A DNA stretch of 63,209 bases, counting the filler, from Collodictyon triciliatum (lineage: Eukaryota): assembly GCA_043381765.1 (NCBI GenBank). It is 7 parts of 7 records of this genome, joined end to end, with 100 filler letters (N's around TTAATTAATTAA, not from the genome) between each part and the next. Parts side by side here need not be neighbours in the genome. Positions count along the whole stretch, not along the records: positions 45,868 to 54,932 come from JBHJMP010003177.1; positions 55,033 to 63,209 come from JBHJMP010003178.1; 5 more parts are not named here. One strand, written 5' to 3'. Shown here piece by piece: positions 48,900-63,209 of this stretch (its first letter is position 1; each line of letters begins with the position of its first letter). The notes beneath the pieces were generated by a model. The model saw only the letters and a list, made by a program, of their open reading frames with translations. It was not told where the DNA came from and searched no databases. The position numbers were made by a program, and so were the translations under genes.

Positions 48900-50180
48900 T
48901 TAGTGGTTGCTTGAGTGTGTGCTTTGCCGTTCGGAGGCCATCGAAATGGTGGCTGCGCGTTCGAGAATCTGCTGGTTTAGTTTCCGCTCTGCGTCGCTCA
49001 TCGTGGCAAATTCCATCTTTCGTCGCAGGAAATCCACTCTACGGGCATTATTTGGTTAACCATATCAATCAACACACTTCAGAAGACGAAGAGAAGAAAG
49101 GATAGGATACGCGTGCGCATCTTCTTCAGAAAGATATGAGAAAATACACTATTATAGTAATTAAATATGTGTGCGAGATAACTCGCTTTCTTCTGTTCTT
49201 TCTTTTTGGGCTAATACACAATTATTTACTTCATCTGCTCCTGGAGCTGTTTGGCAAGCTCTTGGTTGTACTGTGCCTGCTCAGAGAGGCGCACCCTGTC
49301 TGAATGATACGCTTCCTGCGCCTCTTTCTTCCATCGGTCAGCCAGCTGCATGTTTTCGGCTAGTTCTTTCTTTCTCATACTCTAATGAAATAGGATTAAC
49401 ATTAAAAAAAAAAAAAGTTTCGAAACTGAAGAAATTTATCTGCAAGTATGTATACATTTGGAGACATGTTTGGAATGACGGGTTTAAGTTTTTTTAAAAA
49501 AAGAAACAAAGAAGATTTATTGATAATTGATGATATATACTTCTTTATGCATCTGAATATCTCGTATAGATTTCTCTAAGGCCTCTCGGTCTTTCATTAT
49601 TTTTCGGAGTTTTTCCTCTTCTTCTTCTCTGAGCCTCTCTTCGTATGCTTCTTTTTCTCTGGTTGCTCGTATTTCATCCTGTAAACCCGTTATACCCGTA
49701 GCATTTGATATTAGTCAACAGCTTCATAAATATTATGATAAAAATTAACAAGTGCGGTGTCTCCGAAAAAAAATTATCAAGCTGCATATTATAACTCAAC
49801 AACTTAGGCGAACAAGATATTTGTTGATTAAATTGTAACCTCAAAGGCTTTCTCGTTGAATGATTTATCAACAGGAACTTTCACTGCGGTCGCTCGTGCC
49901 ATGCGTTCTGCTTTCTTGCGATTCATTTGCTCTTGGACCATATGTTGCTGTAGTTCAATATGACAGAAATATTTAGTTACATTAATTTCACTAAAAAGAA
50001 AATTCTATTCTAATAGAAGATTGAGAAACACAAACAGGGGGGACATTCTTACATCTCATCCCAAATGCTCACCTTATAATCGAACGTTTGTAGGGAATTT
50101 TCCAAGTCAGTTTTATCATTCACTATGCCTTGGACAAGCATTTGTTTCTTCTGTTGCCTTTTTTGTTCGATTTCTCTGAC
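48900..50180 (-). CDS. Coiled-coil protein, 3' exons; possibly flagellar
   Basis: Spliced E/K/R/Q-rich exons (DEIRATREKEAYEERLREEEEK; QYNQELAKQLQEQMK) ending MSDAERKLNQQILER...SNH*. The 5' part is interrupted by the N gap. Confidence 0.65.
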
Positions 50181-50211
50181 TGCTTGTGATACATTCTCAT
50201 GTTTCTATGTT

Positions 50212-51049
50212 NNNNNNNNNNNNNNNNNNNNNNNNNNNNNNNNNNNNNNNNNNNNNNNNNNNNNNNNNNNNNNNNNNNNNNNNNNNNNNNNNNNNNNNNN
50301 NNNNNNNNNNNNNNNNNNNNNNNNNNNNNNNNNNNNNNNNNNNNNNNNNNNNNNNNNNNNNNNNNNNNNNNNNNNNNNNNNNNNNNNNNNNNNNNNNNNN
50401 NNNNNNNNNNNNNNNNNNNNNNNNNNNNNNNNNNNNNNNNNNNNNNNNNNNNNNNNNNNNNNNNNNNNNNNNNNNNNNNNNNNNNNNNNNNNNNNNNNNN
50501 NNNNNNNNNNNNNNNNNNNNNNNNNNNNNNNNNNNNNNNNNNNNNNNNNNNNNNNNNNNNNNNNNNNNNNNNNNNNNNNNNNNNNNNNNNNNNNNNNNNN
50601 NNNNNNNNNNNNNNNNNNNNNNNNNNNNNNNNNNNNNNNNNNNNNNNNNNNNNNNNNNNNNNNNNNNNNNNNNNNNNNNNNNNNNNNNNNNNNNNNNNNN
50701 NNNNNNNNNNNNNNNNNNNNNNNNNNNNNNNNNNNNNNNNNNNNNNNNNNNNNNNNNNNNNNNNNNNNNNNNNNNNNNNNNNNNNNNNNNNNNNNNNNNN
50801 NNNNNNNNNNNNNNNNNNNNNNNNNNNNNNNNNNNNNNNNNNNNNNNNNNNNNNNNNNNNNNNNNNNNNNNNNNNNNNNNNNNNNNNNNNNNNNNNNNNN
50901 NNNNNNNNNNNNNNNNNNNNNNNNNNNNNNNNNNNNNNNNNNNNNNNNNNNNNNNNNNNNNNNNNNNNNNNNNNNNNNNNNNNNNNNNNNNNNNNNNNNN
51001 NNNNNNNNNNNNNNNNNNNNNNNNNNNNNNNNNNNNNNNNNNNNNNNNG
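50212..51049. other. Intra-scaffold N gap (second one at 58223-58959)
   Basis: Long N runs without the spacer core. Confidence 0.97.
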
Positions 51050-51146
51050 AACAAGATGCCCAGTCGGATTGTGTTTGTAGGAACACAGGAAAAACAAATG
51101 CTGGTATCCCAGGTGTTCCTTATGGAGTGTGACTAGATGAGCTAAA

Positions 51147-51458
51147 CCCGTTCCATCTTTTCTGAAATGGGGCGCTAGTTTGCCTCTCCTAGCTTTCAAG
51201 TCCCACCTCAAAGAGCCTTCAAAAGTTACAGGGGGATTTTTAGATAACACCCCACCCATGCCTTCTTGTGCGGAAACGAGTTTATTCTGCTTTATCAGGG
51301 AGGTGTAAAGAATCAAGTGTGAGATAGAATATTAAAGCCTGACATGACATAATACAATAGTTCTTGTTTGATTCACATAAAACCAAACCCAAACACTACA
51401 TACATTCGCCCAATTTTCATCAGCCTGGAACAGTGTAATTTCAACAAAGTGGCCAATC
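51147..51458 (-). CDS. Exons upstream of the N gap, probably the 5' part of the coiled-coil gene
   Basis: In-phase exons IGHFVEITLFQADENWAN | QNKLVSAQEGMGGVLSKNPPVTFEGSLRWDLKARRGKLAPHFRKDGT with GT-AG boundaries. Start codon not resolved. Confidence 0.4.
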
Positions 51459-52229
51459 TACAGGTAGCATAACAAATAGACCAACAACATGTTCGAAGAT
51501 GCAGGCATTAGATTTATTACATGTTTTCCACGTCAAATCCCTCATTGCAGACATTGCCTACATGCATCCACACGAGTGCGTGATTGTGTGATTTGGATTT
51601 TATGACTTTTGAATTACCAAAAAATAAAATAAAAATTAGAGGGACGAATCAACTTCATGGTCAGATATGTTAGACGAACATGCGCGCATCTTCCTATATT
51701 TTCCTTTTCTGTAACACACCCAGAGATGTTCATCTCGTTATGATGTGCCACCGTCATTTAACCTATCTAAATAATCCGATCATTGTGGATGTTCTGTTCT
51801 TCTATTTTATTTTTAAAATATTTCCCCCCTTTATAAATATTTACTCTGACAATCTATTAGTAATACTCAACCGCCACCCACGGGCTTGTAATTCCCAAAT
51901 ATTTTTGTCATATCTATCTATATCAAGGAGATTAGTTAATGATAATTAAAAGTAACCTAGCAAAAGAAAAAAAAGTAAAAAAAAATTGGACAGGACGATA
52001 TGCCCCGTCTGGATTATAAATTTAAAGCATGGATTTGGCATAGTGTATTTCAGTTGCTGCTGACATCGAATACTTCTAGATTGCTGAGCCCACTAACACA
52101 ACCAGGGGTTTTTGATAACTAAGTGCATTATTCATAACGACAGTCGTATTTTCTTTCAAATGGCACGCATTTATCAGCAAATGTCTGGTTAGTTTCATTT
52201 TTCCATATTCTGTTGTGTAAAATAAACTA

Positions 52230-53220
52230 ACTTGTTGTGCAAGATATCCAAGAAAGGAATTGAAGCTATTCAACGAACAGATTCAGGAAGCTAAGAGAAC
52301 TATAATATTGAAGAGTTTGATTTTATGTGTATATTTAATTATTTTTTTTTATTGTATCGATATGTTTTCCTGGATGGAAAATATTACGGAATTTCTTCCG
52401 CGATATATACATGTCTATCTCTGCATGGGTGTTAAGCTGGCAGGTAATCTGGTGTGGTTCATCTGGTAAAAATTGAGATAAAAAAAGCCGATGCGAGACT
52501 CATTTGGAATCCATTCTGCATATACAATGGAGTCAACCTATTAGAGGATTTTTTTTGTTGTTTGAATATATATGTATCCTCTCGACAAATTTAAAATCCA
52601 AAAGGGATGGTTTTTGAGTTATTTAAAACGCATTTATTTATCAAAGTATCGTAGACCTTCAGCTTCTTGTATTGATGGTATTCGAGATTTTCATTATCTC
52701 AGCCCGGAAGACTGGTGATTTTACGAGGTGCTCTTTTAATGGTCATGCAACCTTCATAGTCAGATGTAAAACAAATACTCAATTTTGCAAGCGCTGTCAT
52801 CTGTCATGAGACTCCTGCATATACACAGAGTAGGATAGTTATTTCCTCACGATTTAGTAGATCTTTATTTGTTTCATATATAAAAATACAAAAAAAATAC
52901 AAACCAACATTAACCGGATTATCAGCTACACAAAGAAGAGTGACGTCGGCCAAATGCAATATCTGTGAGGGCTGGGATGAAAGCCTTTTGCTGCAAACTC
53001 CGAGAGATGTGAGCCCACCCAAGGACCAGGCCCCTGCATTGGCTCTGAGGCAATATTCGAGGCGCAGAGATTCATCAGATAAGCCAACAGTGATATCTCC
53101 GCTGGTAGTTGCGTCTCCCCATGATTAAGCACAAGCTCTTAGCGGTTAAGTAGAGTAGCAAAGTCGGAATATCCCGTCACATAGAGCAGCTCGTTGGAGG
53201 CTTTCGGAGCGCTGAGACAT
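52230..53220 (-). pseudogene. Decayed copy of the LRR-1/LRR-2 family
   Basis: Frameshifted LRRs (TQLPAEISLLAYL; VTLLCVADNP|gt). IKRAPRKITSLPG* has TGA at 52699-52701 where paralogs have W; LTPMQR*TCIY has TAG at 52415-52417; LPESVR*IAS has TGA at 52270-52272. Confidence 0.8.
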
Positions 53221-55233
53221 TGCGTAAGGAGTTTGAGCAGCAAGGTTGGCGTTTTTGAGGGTCTGTAGGAATACGAGTTCGGCACCTCTTTCTAACGCCC
53301 TACGGAATAGGAGGCAGCCCCACTCGCCCAACCGTCTCTGCCTCTGTCTCTCTATACATCTTTCTCTATCCATTATCTATGTTTTTTTTTTCGCTCTAAA
53401 GAATTGTGGCGCATATGGCGCTTGAAATACTCTGGTGTTTAATGTGAATGAAGAACCAAGTTAAAACAGCAGGGGAAGTTTGCCTGTCGCACAGCACGAA
53501 AAAATCACGAAACAAAACCTTTTTTATATTGCGTGTCTGGTTAGTATATAATTACGTGAGTTATTTTGTCTAATTTTTATTCTCGAGCTGTTTCACTCCC
53601 GTCTCATAACGTCAAAGTTACAGTGCTGATTTACAGTTTATTGATGTCGCGTTTTCATCGGACACAATCTAAGCCAAGGCGGGACGTAGGCTCCCTATGC
53701 CAATACCTTCAATAGGCACATATTATTTAAGATTTCCTTTTCAGTACCTCAGATTTAAAGGAAATGTTCAGCCAACATGAAAAGTACCTCGTTCAATCAT
53801 TAAAATGAATAATATATATGCCTCTCACAAATATTCGGAAATAACTCCATCAAGTGAGGCAAGAAAGGTGAGTTCATCATTTATTTAGATAATCAAGACT
53901 GAGACGAACAGATAACCAGTTAAAGGGTTCCAGAATATGGGATTTCAGTTGTTTTATGTAACAAGTGCGTAATTCATGAAGCATCATATCAACCAATCAG
54001 ATGGTAAGAGAGCTACAAGTAATGCTTTTACCTGACGTCGAAGATATTTATAAATAAATCTTTTCCATTCACGAAGATAATTCAGTCTTCAAATCCATTT
54101 AAAAGAAAGGAAAACATATGCCACTAGAGTACCTTTTAGTGAATTTGAATAGCTCGGTCCAATTAGTTTTTTTTAAAACATAATGCAACCAAAAGTGATG
54201 ACCTGTTTCCAGGAAAATAGCTCGGTGACATAGAAGACTGGTGATGCATGTATCACACAATCTCAGTACCGCACGGTGAATGCAAATTCGATTTGTGACA
54301 CAAAAAAGATTAGCCTTTATGAAGACCTGCATTCATGAAATGATACTGAGAAATTATGGGACAGAATGATATTACGGCAGTGAGAATAATTGAATGAACC
54401 TTTGTTTAAGCGGTGGGCTGTGTACGTGACATTTAAGTTATGGAAAAAAAGTGGAACGAATCTGGCATGTGTGTCCCTAATAGGATAAGGCTATATATGG
54501 AATTTATTGACAAAATAATATTGCAGGATGTATATATTGTATTTTGTTTACTTGAATATGTAATTTAGTGTGAAGTAATACATTTTAATCAAATAAGAAA
54601 AACATGTGCCGAACTTACGAGGTGTTTGTTTCTTTTTCCAATTTTTGCGGGATAATCAGGAACAGCAAACAAGACTAAGCACTTTGGCCACACGACGGCC
54701 GATCGAGAGTGATATTCAACTCGATGCGTTGATCAAGATCTTTGTGCTTTCCGATCACTTACCCGTTCGTACTGACAAGAAGCTCCGCTTGAACACTGCC
54801 CTCTCACAAATGACCACGGTAAGGATCGACTTTGCTCCTTCATACCTTCCAGTTTTCCTTGCTGATCGAATTTTACTTTCGCACAATAAAAGAGGAAAAA
54901 GAGGAATAACAAAACCAAAAAAAAAACCAAAANNNNNNNNNNNNNNNNNNNNNNNNNNNNNNNNNNNNNNNNNNNNTTAATTAATTAANNNNNNNNNNNN
55001 NNNNNNNNNNNNNNNNNNNNNNNNNNNNNNNNCCACAAGTCAGAATCAAGAATATGATGAAAAGAAAGAAAACATTCAAAGACAATATACTGGATATGGC
55101 CAAGACAAAGAACTGGTAGGGGAATCGCAAGAACCAAGGCATTGTGTAAACCAAAAGGATAGAAAAAATTTCATTTTATTTTTAGTTTGAATTATCCAGC
55201 CAATAGTAGGAACCAAATTCAAAGTCAAGAATA

Positions 55234-57932
55234 TTAAGCAATCCAAGTGCTCTTGTATTTTAAGTATATCTCCATAACACTCCACGCATCTTCGATGGGT
55301 GAATGTGTGCCGTTTTGAATTGCTTTCCCCAAGATTTCTCTGGTAAGGTTTTTTAGGGAGCGAGATGAAAACTGCCTTAGCAGTGGCTGATGTCGCGATG
55401 TGTCACGGATTAGGTTGGGTGGGTGGAAAAGCTGCAAAACCTGTAAATTCAAATTACATCAAAGGCTGCTGTTAGACAAATCCCAAGCACAGATATAAAT
55501 GCGGTGTATGTTATTCCTTGTTCAACTTAAATCCTAATGATAGTCGATTTTCATACTAGAGAAAGTGTAAGAAACTACTCTACATGGAATGAGTAAAAGG
55601 CAATATAGATGTAATGAATAATTATGATATGCATCCAAAATAAATAAATAAATAAATTCAACAAAATGACCCTTCACTCATTTGTGTATCACTATTTCTT
55701 TATAATCGCAAGTAATAAAACCCAACTTACCTCTAAATCATTATCGATAGCGTGTCCAACGAGCACTTTGTTATATATCAAAGCTCCAACCTCATTTTTC
55801 ACCACGTGAAACAGCTCTCCTAAAACAATCATGATATTATGATGCGTGTGCAAATGTCAGACCAGAGCTATAATTGGAGGCGTGTAATTGCGACCACAAC
55901 TAGATCAAACTGTGTGCAGAATAAAGAAACCGTTTTGAATATCGCTGTGCTTAATCCCAGTAATCCATTGGCGATAATCAGTCACATATTCAGTAGGTTT
56001 TACGTATTTGTGATAGACAATATCACCCAGGTTGTTAACTATGGCAACTCTAGCAAGAATGCTTTTAGAGCCTCTAGGTCCGACTCCAACCATTTCGCAA
56101 TCAACTGCCATTTCCTCTGTCACTCTAAAAGTACATTGAAAAATTAACAAGAAGCCTATGAGTGATCGATTAGGATCAAATCGAGATGGTATTAGAAGGT
56201 GATGAAAGGAGGTATATGGAAAAATAAAAGGAAAGATAAAGATAAAATACAAACTTGATAAGGGCCGATATTTGCAAGATTAATTTGAAATGAAAAAAAA
56301 AAATTGCTACCATGAATTGAAATATAGTGCATATGACAAAAGATAACCAGATACTTTTCTCTTTGGCAATAAAATAAAATAAAATCAGACTGAAAGCAAA
56401 AGATATCAAGGATTGTATTGGTATAATATGAAAATATACTTGGATGGGTCGTAAATGGGACTTGTTGTATGGGCATTTGGACCTGTGGACGTATTTTCTG
56501 ACTCGTACAAAATTATTGGTTCGTCTGTATCATTTAAAACGCCAGAGGCTGGACCTGGGTCTGGTCGAAGGAATCTATATCGCTCACTTAATGAAATCTA
56601 TTATTCATCATTATTGTTACTATAACGTGTTTACAATGTCCAATCACTATATTATTAATTATTTTTCTTTAGAATGGAGAAGTAATCGGGGCTGTCTCGA
56701 CTCTACTTAAAGAGAGACTAATATATCGTATTCCGAAAGGAGAGTCTGTGTGACCATTTTCATAATCTATCCGAATCCTAAGCTCTTCAACTTACTGCTT
56801 CGTTGCTCCGTCGCACAGATTCTGTATATTGTGAAATTTGTCATAAATTGATATTTCAAAGGAAAAGAAAAGGGGAATAGTATATCCAAGAAACCTACGA
56901 CATAAATCCAGAAAAAAAAAACGCTAATACAAAAGCACTTTTTAGAAGCATACATACATACATACATACATACATACATACATACATACATACATACATA
57001 CATACATACATACATACATACATACATACATACATACATACATACATACTCTTCTCTCTCGCATCCCAAAGAACATTTAGAGCCTCCACCAACCTGGCCC
57101 TTTGTCATCCAGAATCTCGGGCTTTGCCGTCTCGGCCTTTGCACTGTCCTCCAGGCCAACATTAAAGTATCGTGACCGTCCGGTCGGCCTGCGCGGATGA
57201 CTGGGCCATCTGCCTTCGCCAGTGCTTTCGCGCCTCCGCCGCCCCGACGAAGCGCCGGCGGCTCTGACGGTCCGAGTGCGACGTGCCCGCACCGCCTTTC
57301 TTGCCGGTCGGCCCCTTTGGGCACCCTCGCCGAGCTCAGAGGGATCCGCCTCTGTTTGCTCTTGCTCGCGGGTCGGCCTCCTCGTGCGGCGCGGTCGGCC
57401 TCGCTCTTTCCTGATGCCGCTGCGGGGTGCTTTGCGCACGTGTCGCCTGAACTTGGGCCCTTCGTCGCGCGAGACGTGTGACAGCGAGATGTATTCTCGG
57501 CTACCCTCCTGGGTCCGCAGCTTCGGCTCCAAATGTTCAGACTTCAGCTCTGGATGCAAGGGTGTTATGTGGGCATACGGGTTTGTGGAAGGATTGGAGA
57601 CGTCGAGTGCGAGTATTTATGCATGTTTACATAAGGTCATGATTAATGTCATGGGGTCGAGGTAAACATAAAATAATAAAATAATAAAATAATAAAATAA
57701 TAAAATAATAAAATAATAAAATAATAAAATAATAAAATAATAGATAGATAAACAAATAGTACATACATGGATACACGGATGGATAAAGAATAAACGGATG
57801 AAGAGTTTTCATCGAAATGGTAAGAAGGAATGAAAGTGAAACAGAGGAATGAAGGAGAGTGTTTTTGGAGTTGGGAAAGGTCAAGACTCGCGTGAATTGG
57901 CTGGGCAAACCTTGTTTAGTCTCCCGCGACAT
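55234..57932 (-). CDS. REXO4: DEDDh 3'-5' RNA exonuclease, REX4/ISG20L2-like; 5' exons uncertain
   Basis: AVDCEMVGVG, LARVAIVN, YVKPTEYVTDYR, LVGHAIDNDL, IRDTS, SLKNLTREILGKAIQNGTHSPIEDA. The catalytic part (55234-56125) is secure. The GC-rich exon near 57095-57545 and the ATG at 57932 are tentative. Confidence 0.85.
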
Positions 57933-59351
57933 GACAGGCTCGTGATTTATCTGTCAATATCGAATCGTTCTTTGAAGCATGGTGGTGGAGTGGGTGTGAG
58001 ACTCGGTTTTTGTTATAGTTGCACTCAAAAGGGTTTCAACAAACCTCGCATGAGTCAACACTATTTTCTCTATTTTTCATATGTACTTACTTTTTTTTGT
58101 CTTCTGTCTTTTCTTTTTCTTTTTGTTTTTTGTTTTTTGTTTTTTGTTTTTGTTTTTGTTTTTGTTTTTGTTTTTGTTTTTGTTTTTGTTTTTGTTTTTG
58201 TTTTTGTTTTTGTTTTTGTTTTNNNNNNNNNNNNNNNNNNNNNNNNNNNNNNNNNNNNNNNNNNNNNNNNNNNNNNNNNNNNNNNNNNNNNNNNNNNNNN
58301 NNNNNNNNNNNNNNNNNNNNNNNNNNNNNNNNNNNNNNNNNNNNNNNNNNNNNNNNNNNNNNNNNNNNNNNNNNNNNNNNNNNNNNNNNNNNNNNNNNNN
58401 NNNNNNNNNNNNNNNNNNNNNNNNNNNNNNNNNNNNNNNNNNNNNNNNNNNNNNNNNNNNNNNNNNNNNNNNNNNNNNNNNNNNNNNNNNNNNNNNNNNN
58501 NNNNNNNNNNNNNNNNNNNNNNNNNNNNNNNNNNNNNNNNNNNNNNNNNNNNNNNNNNNNNNNNNNNNNNNNNNNNNNNNNNNNNNNNNNNNNNNNNNNN
58601 NNNNNNNNNNNNNNNNNNNNNNNNNNNNNNNNNNNNNNNNNNNNNNNNNNNNNNNNNNNNNNNNNNNNNNNNNNNNNNNNNNNNNNNNNNNNNNNNNNNN
58701 NNNNNNNNNNNNNNNNNNNNNNNNNNNNNNNNNNNNNNNNNNNNNNNNNNNNNNNNNNNNNNNNNNNNNNNNNNNNNNNNNNNNNNNNNNNNNNNNNNNN
58801 NNNNNNNNNNNNNNNNNNNNNNNNNNNNNNNNNNNNNNNNNNNNNNNNNNNNNNNNNNNNNNNNNNNNNNNNNNNNNNNNNNNNNNNNNNNNNNNNNNNN
58901 NNNNNNNNNNNNNNNNNNNNNNNNNNNNNNNNNNNNNNNNNNNNNNNNNNNNNNNNNNNTTTTTTTTTTTTTGCCTGGTATTAGCGAAACCAAAATTAAA
59001 TCACCCGTGATATGAGAACACCGCACGCGTGATGACATCGGTACGCCCACCAACACGAAGAAATTATGGCCCGTTTGTTTCGTCCTTTATCTCATAGTTA
59101 TGAGATTGGCATCCTCCAATAAAGAAAAAAAAAACAAGAAAAAAATTGGGGGAGGGGGCAAAGAAAGTGAATGTGTACAGTAACCGTGTTATCTTACATC
59201 TCATTATCTTTCTCATTTGGCGCTGTTCTCACGACGAAAAGAAAAACTCGTAGTTCTGCTTTTATTGAAATCATAGCAGATGTTGTATTGATAGCGTCAT
59301 CTTGTGGAGTTGGAAAGAAAGAGAAGGATATATATTTATATATAGATAGGT

Positions 59352-62471
<3,120 letters not shown>

Positions 62472-62867
62472 CGGCTCGGGCAAATGGCGACTGGGCTGCG
62501 GCTGTGGAGATTCCAGTCAGGTACCTCGGGTCTTTTGTCGAGTTTCATTTTGAGTGTGTGTTTTGTGTGTGTCCTTTTTTTTATGTCTTTTTTGTGTCTT
62601 TTTTTATGTCTTTTTTTTATGTCTTTTTTTTATGTCTTTTTTATGTGATCTGATCGTCTGAAGTCTTCGCGGAAGGAAATGCGGAATAGGTCTCAAAAAA
62701 CCGTATGTGACAAAATTTGAAAAATGAATAATGTTTATATTATAATGCTGATGCAGTACTAATGCAAATATAATGATAATTTATTGTAATATGAGTCTAA
62801 AAGGTCGTTATAATATAATATCCACATATGTATGTTTAAGCCAAAATTGGAATGGAAAAGCTGTCCG

Positions 62868-63086
62868 TTACTTTCTCTTCGTTATCTTTTTGGTGATACC
62901 AGATTGTGTTGGTTGGTGGGAGGATAGTGACTTGTGGCACATGTCAGCTGACGCGATTAATTCGTTGGAGGCAACACTTGCAGGGGTGTGGAAAAAGAAA
63001 AAGTGAACTGAATAGTGGCACAACGACGCTGCCCGAATCCACAATGTGAATAATGCCATGCGCCCTACTTTTCCAAAGAATCCCTA
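62868..63086 (-). CDS. Possible terminal exon of a gene extending beyond the window
   Basis: Acceptor-like ttctatag| downstream of the microsatellite opens a frame GFFGKVGRMALFTLW...KKITKRK*. No homology recognised. Confidence 0.25.
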
Positions 63087-63113
63087 TAGAAGAACATAAA
63101 CATAAACATTAAC

Positions 63114-63209
63114 AAAGCAAAGCAAAGCAAAGCAAAGCAAAGCAAAGCAAAGCAAAGCAAAGCAAAGCAAAGCAAAGCAAAGCAAAGCAAAGCAAAGCAA
63201 AGCAAAGCA
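63114..63209. repeat. (AAAGC)n microsatellite at window end; (AAAATAAT)n at 57669-57741; (TTTTTG)n at ~58120-58222
   Basis: Seen directly. Confidence 0.93.

Noticed and set aside
42042-52701. Alternative genetic code (TAA=Gln at 42042, TGA=Trp at 52699)
   Set aside because: Conserved genes end at TAA (PPG1, HYOU1 RDEL, NAA40), TAG (GSKIP) and TGA (IFT57), and none of their reconstructed exons needs readthrough. The internal stops occur in regions that also have frameshifts.
53400-54930. Scattered splice-like signals, the 124-aa ORF at 54606 and ATGACCACG|GTAAGG near 54810
   Set aside because: No coherent frame or recognisable domain could be assembled; may be a UTR or first micro-exon cut by the spacer.
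50123-59056. ORFs of 285-397 aa spanning N runs
   Set aside because: Artefacts of translating gaps.
63114-63209. Terminal (AAAGC)n or initial (TTTTTC)n as telomeres
   Set aside because: Not G-rich telomere-type motifs, and similar tracts occur internally.

Overview
Eukaryotic, AT-rich, intron-dense genomic DNA (GT-AG introns, standard code) from an unidentified flagellated organism with mitochondria (IFT57, presequence protease). It is not one locus. Seven pieces are joined by an artificial 100-nt spacer (N44-TTAATTAATTAA-N44); the first six are 9063-9080 nt long, so no synteny can be inferred across spacers. Recognisable genes: Ppg1-like PPP phosphatase, GSKIP, HYOU1/Grp170, PreP/PITRM1 (3'-truncated), GT92-like glycosyltransferase, IFT57, an AMPK-related kinase, NAA40, a REX4-like exonuclease, a TRIM-NHL protein, a coiled-coil protein and four members of one LRR family (one is a pseudogene). 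The standout is an NLR-like STAND gene (18737-27093) with DUF4062 + NACHT, TPRs encoded one per 126-nt exon, and a 3-kb intronless exon. That exon carries pentapeptide repeats, twelve near-identical 135-nt WD40 repeats varying at the HET-E-type specificity positions, and two Sel1-like motifs. With LRR genes built partly from 69-nt one-repeat exons and showing birth-and-death, this suggests a diversifying innate-immune/non-self recognition repertoire in a protist (inference). Exon models were assembled by eye and family assignments come from remembered motifs; no searches were run.
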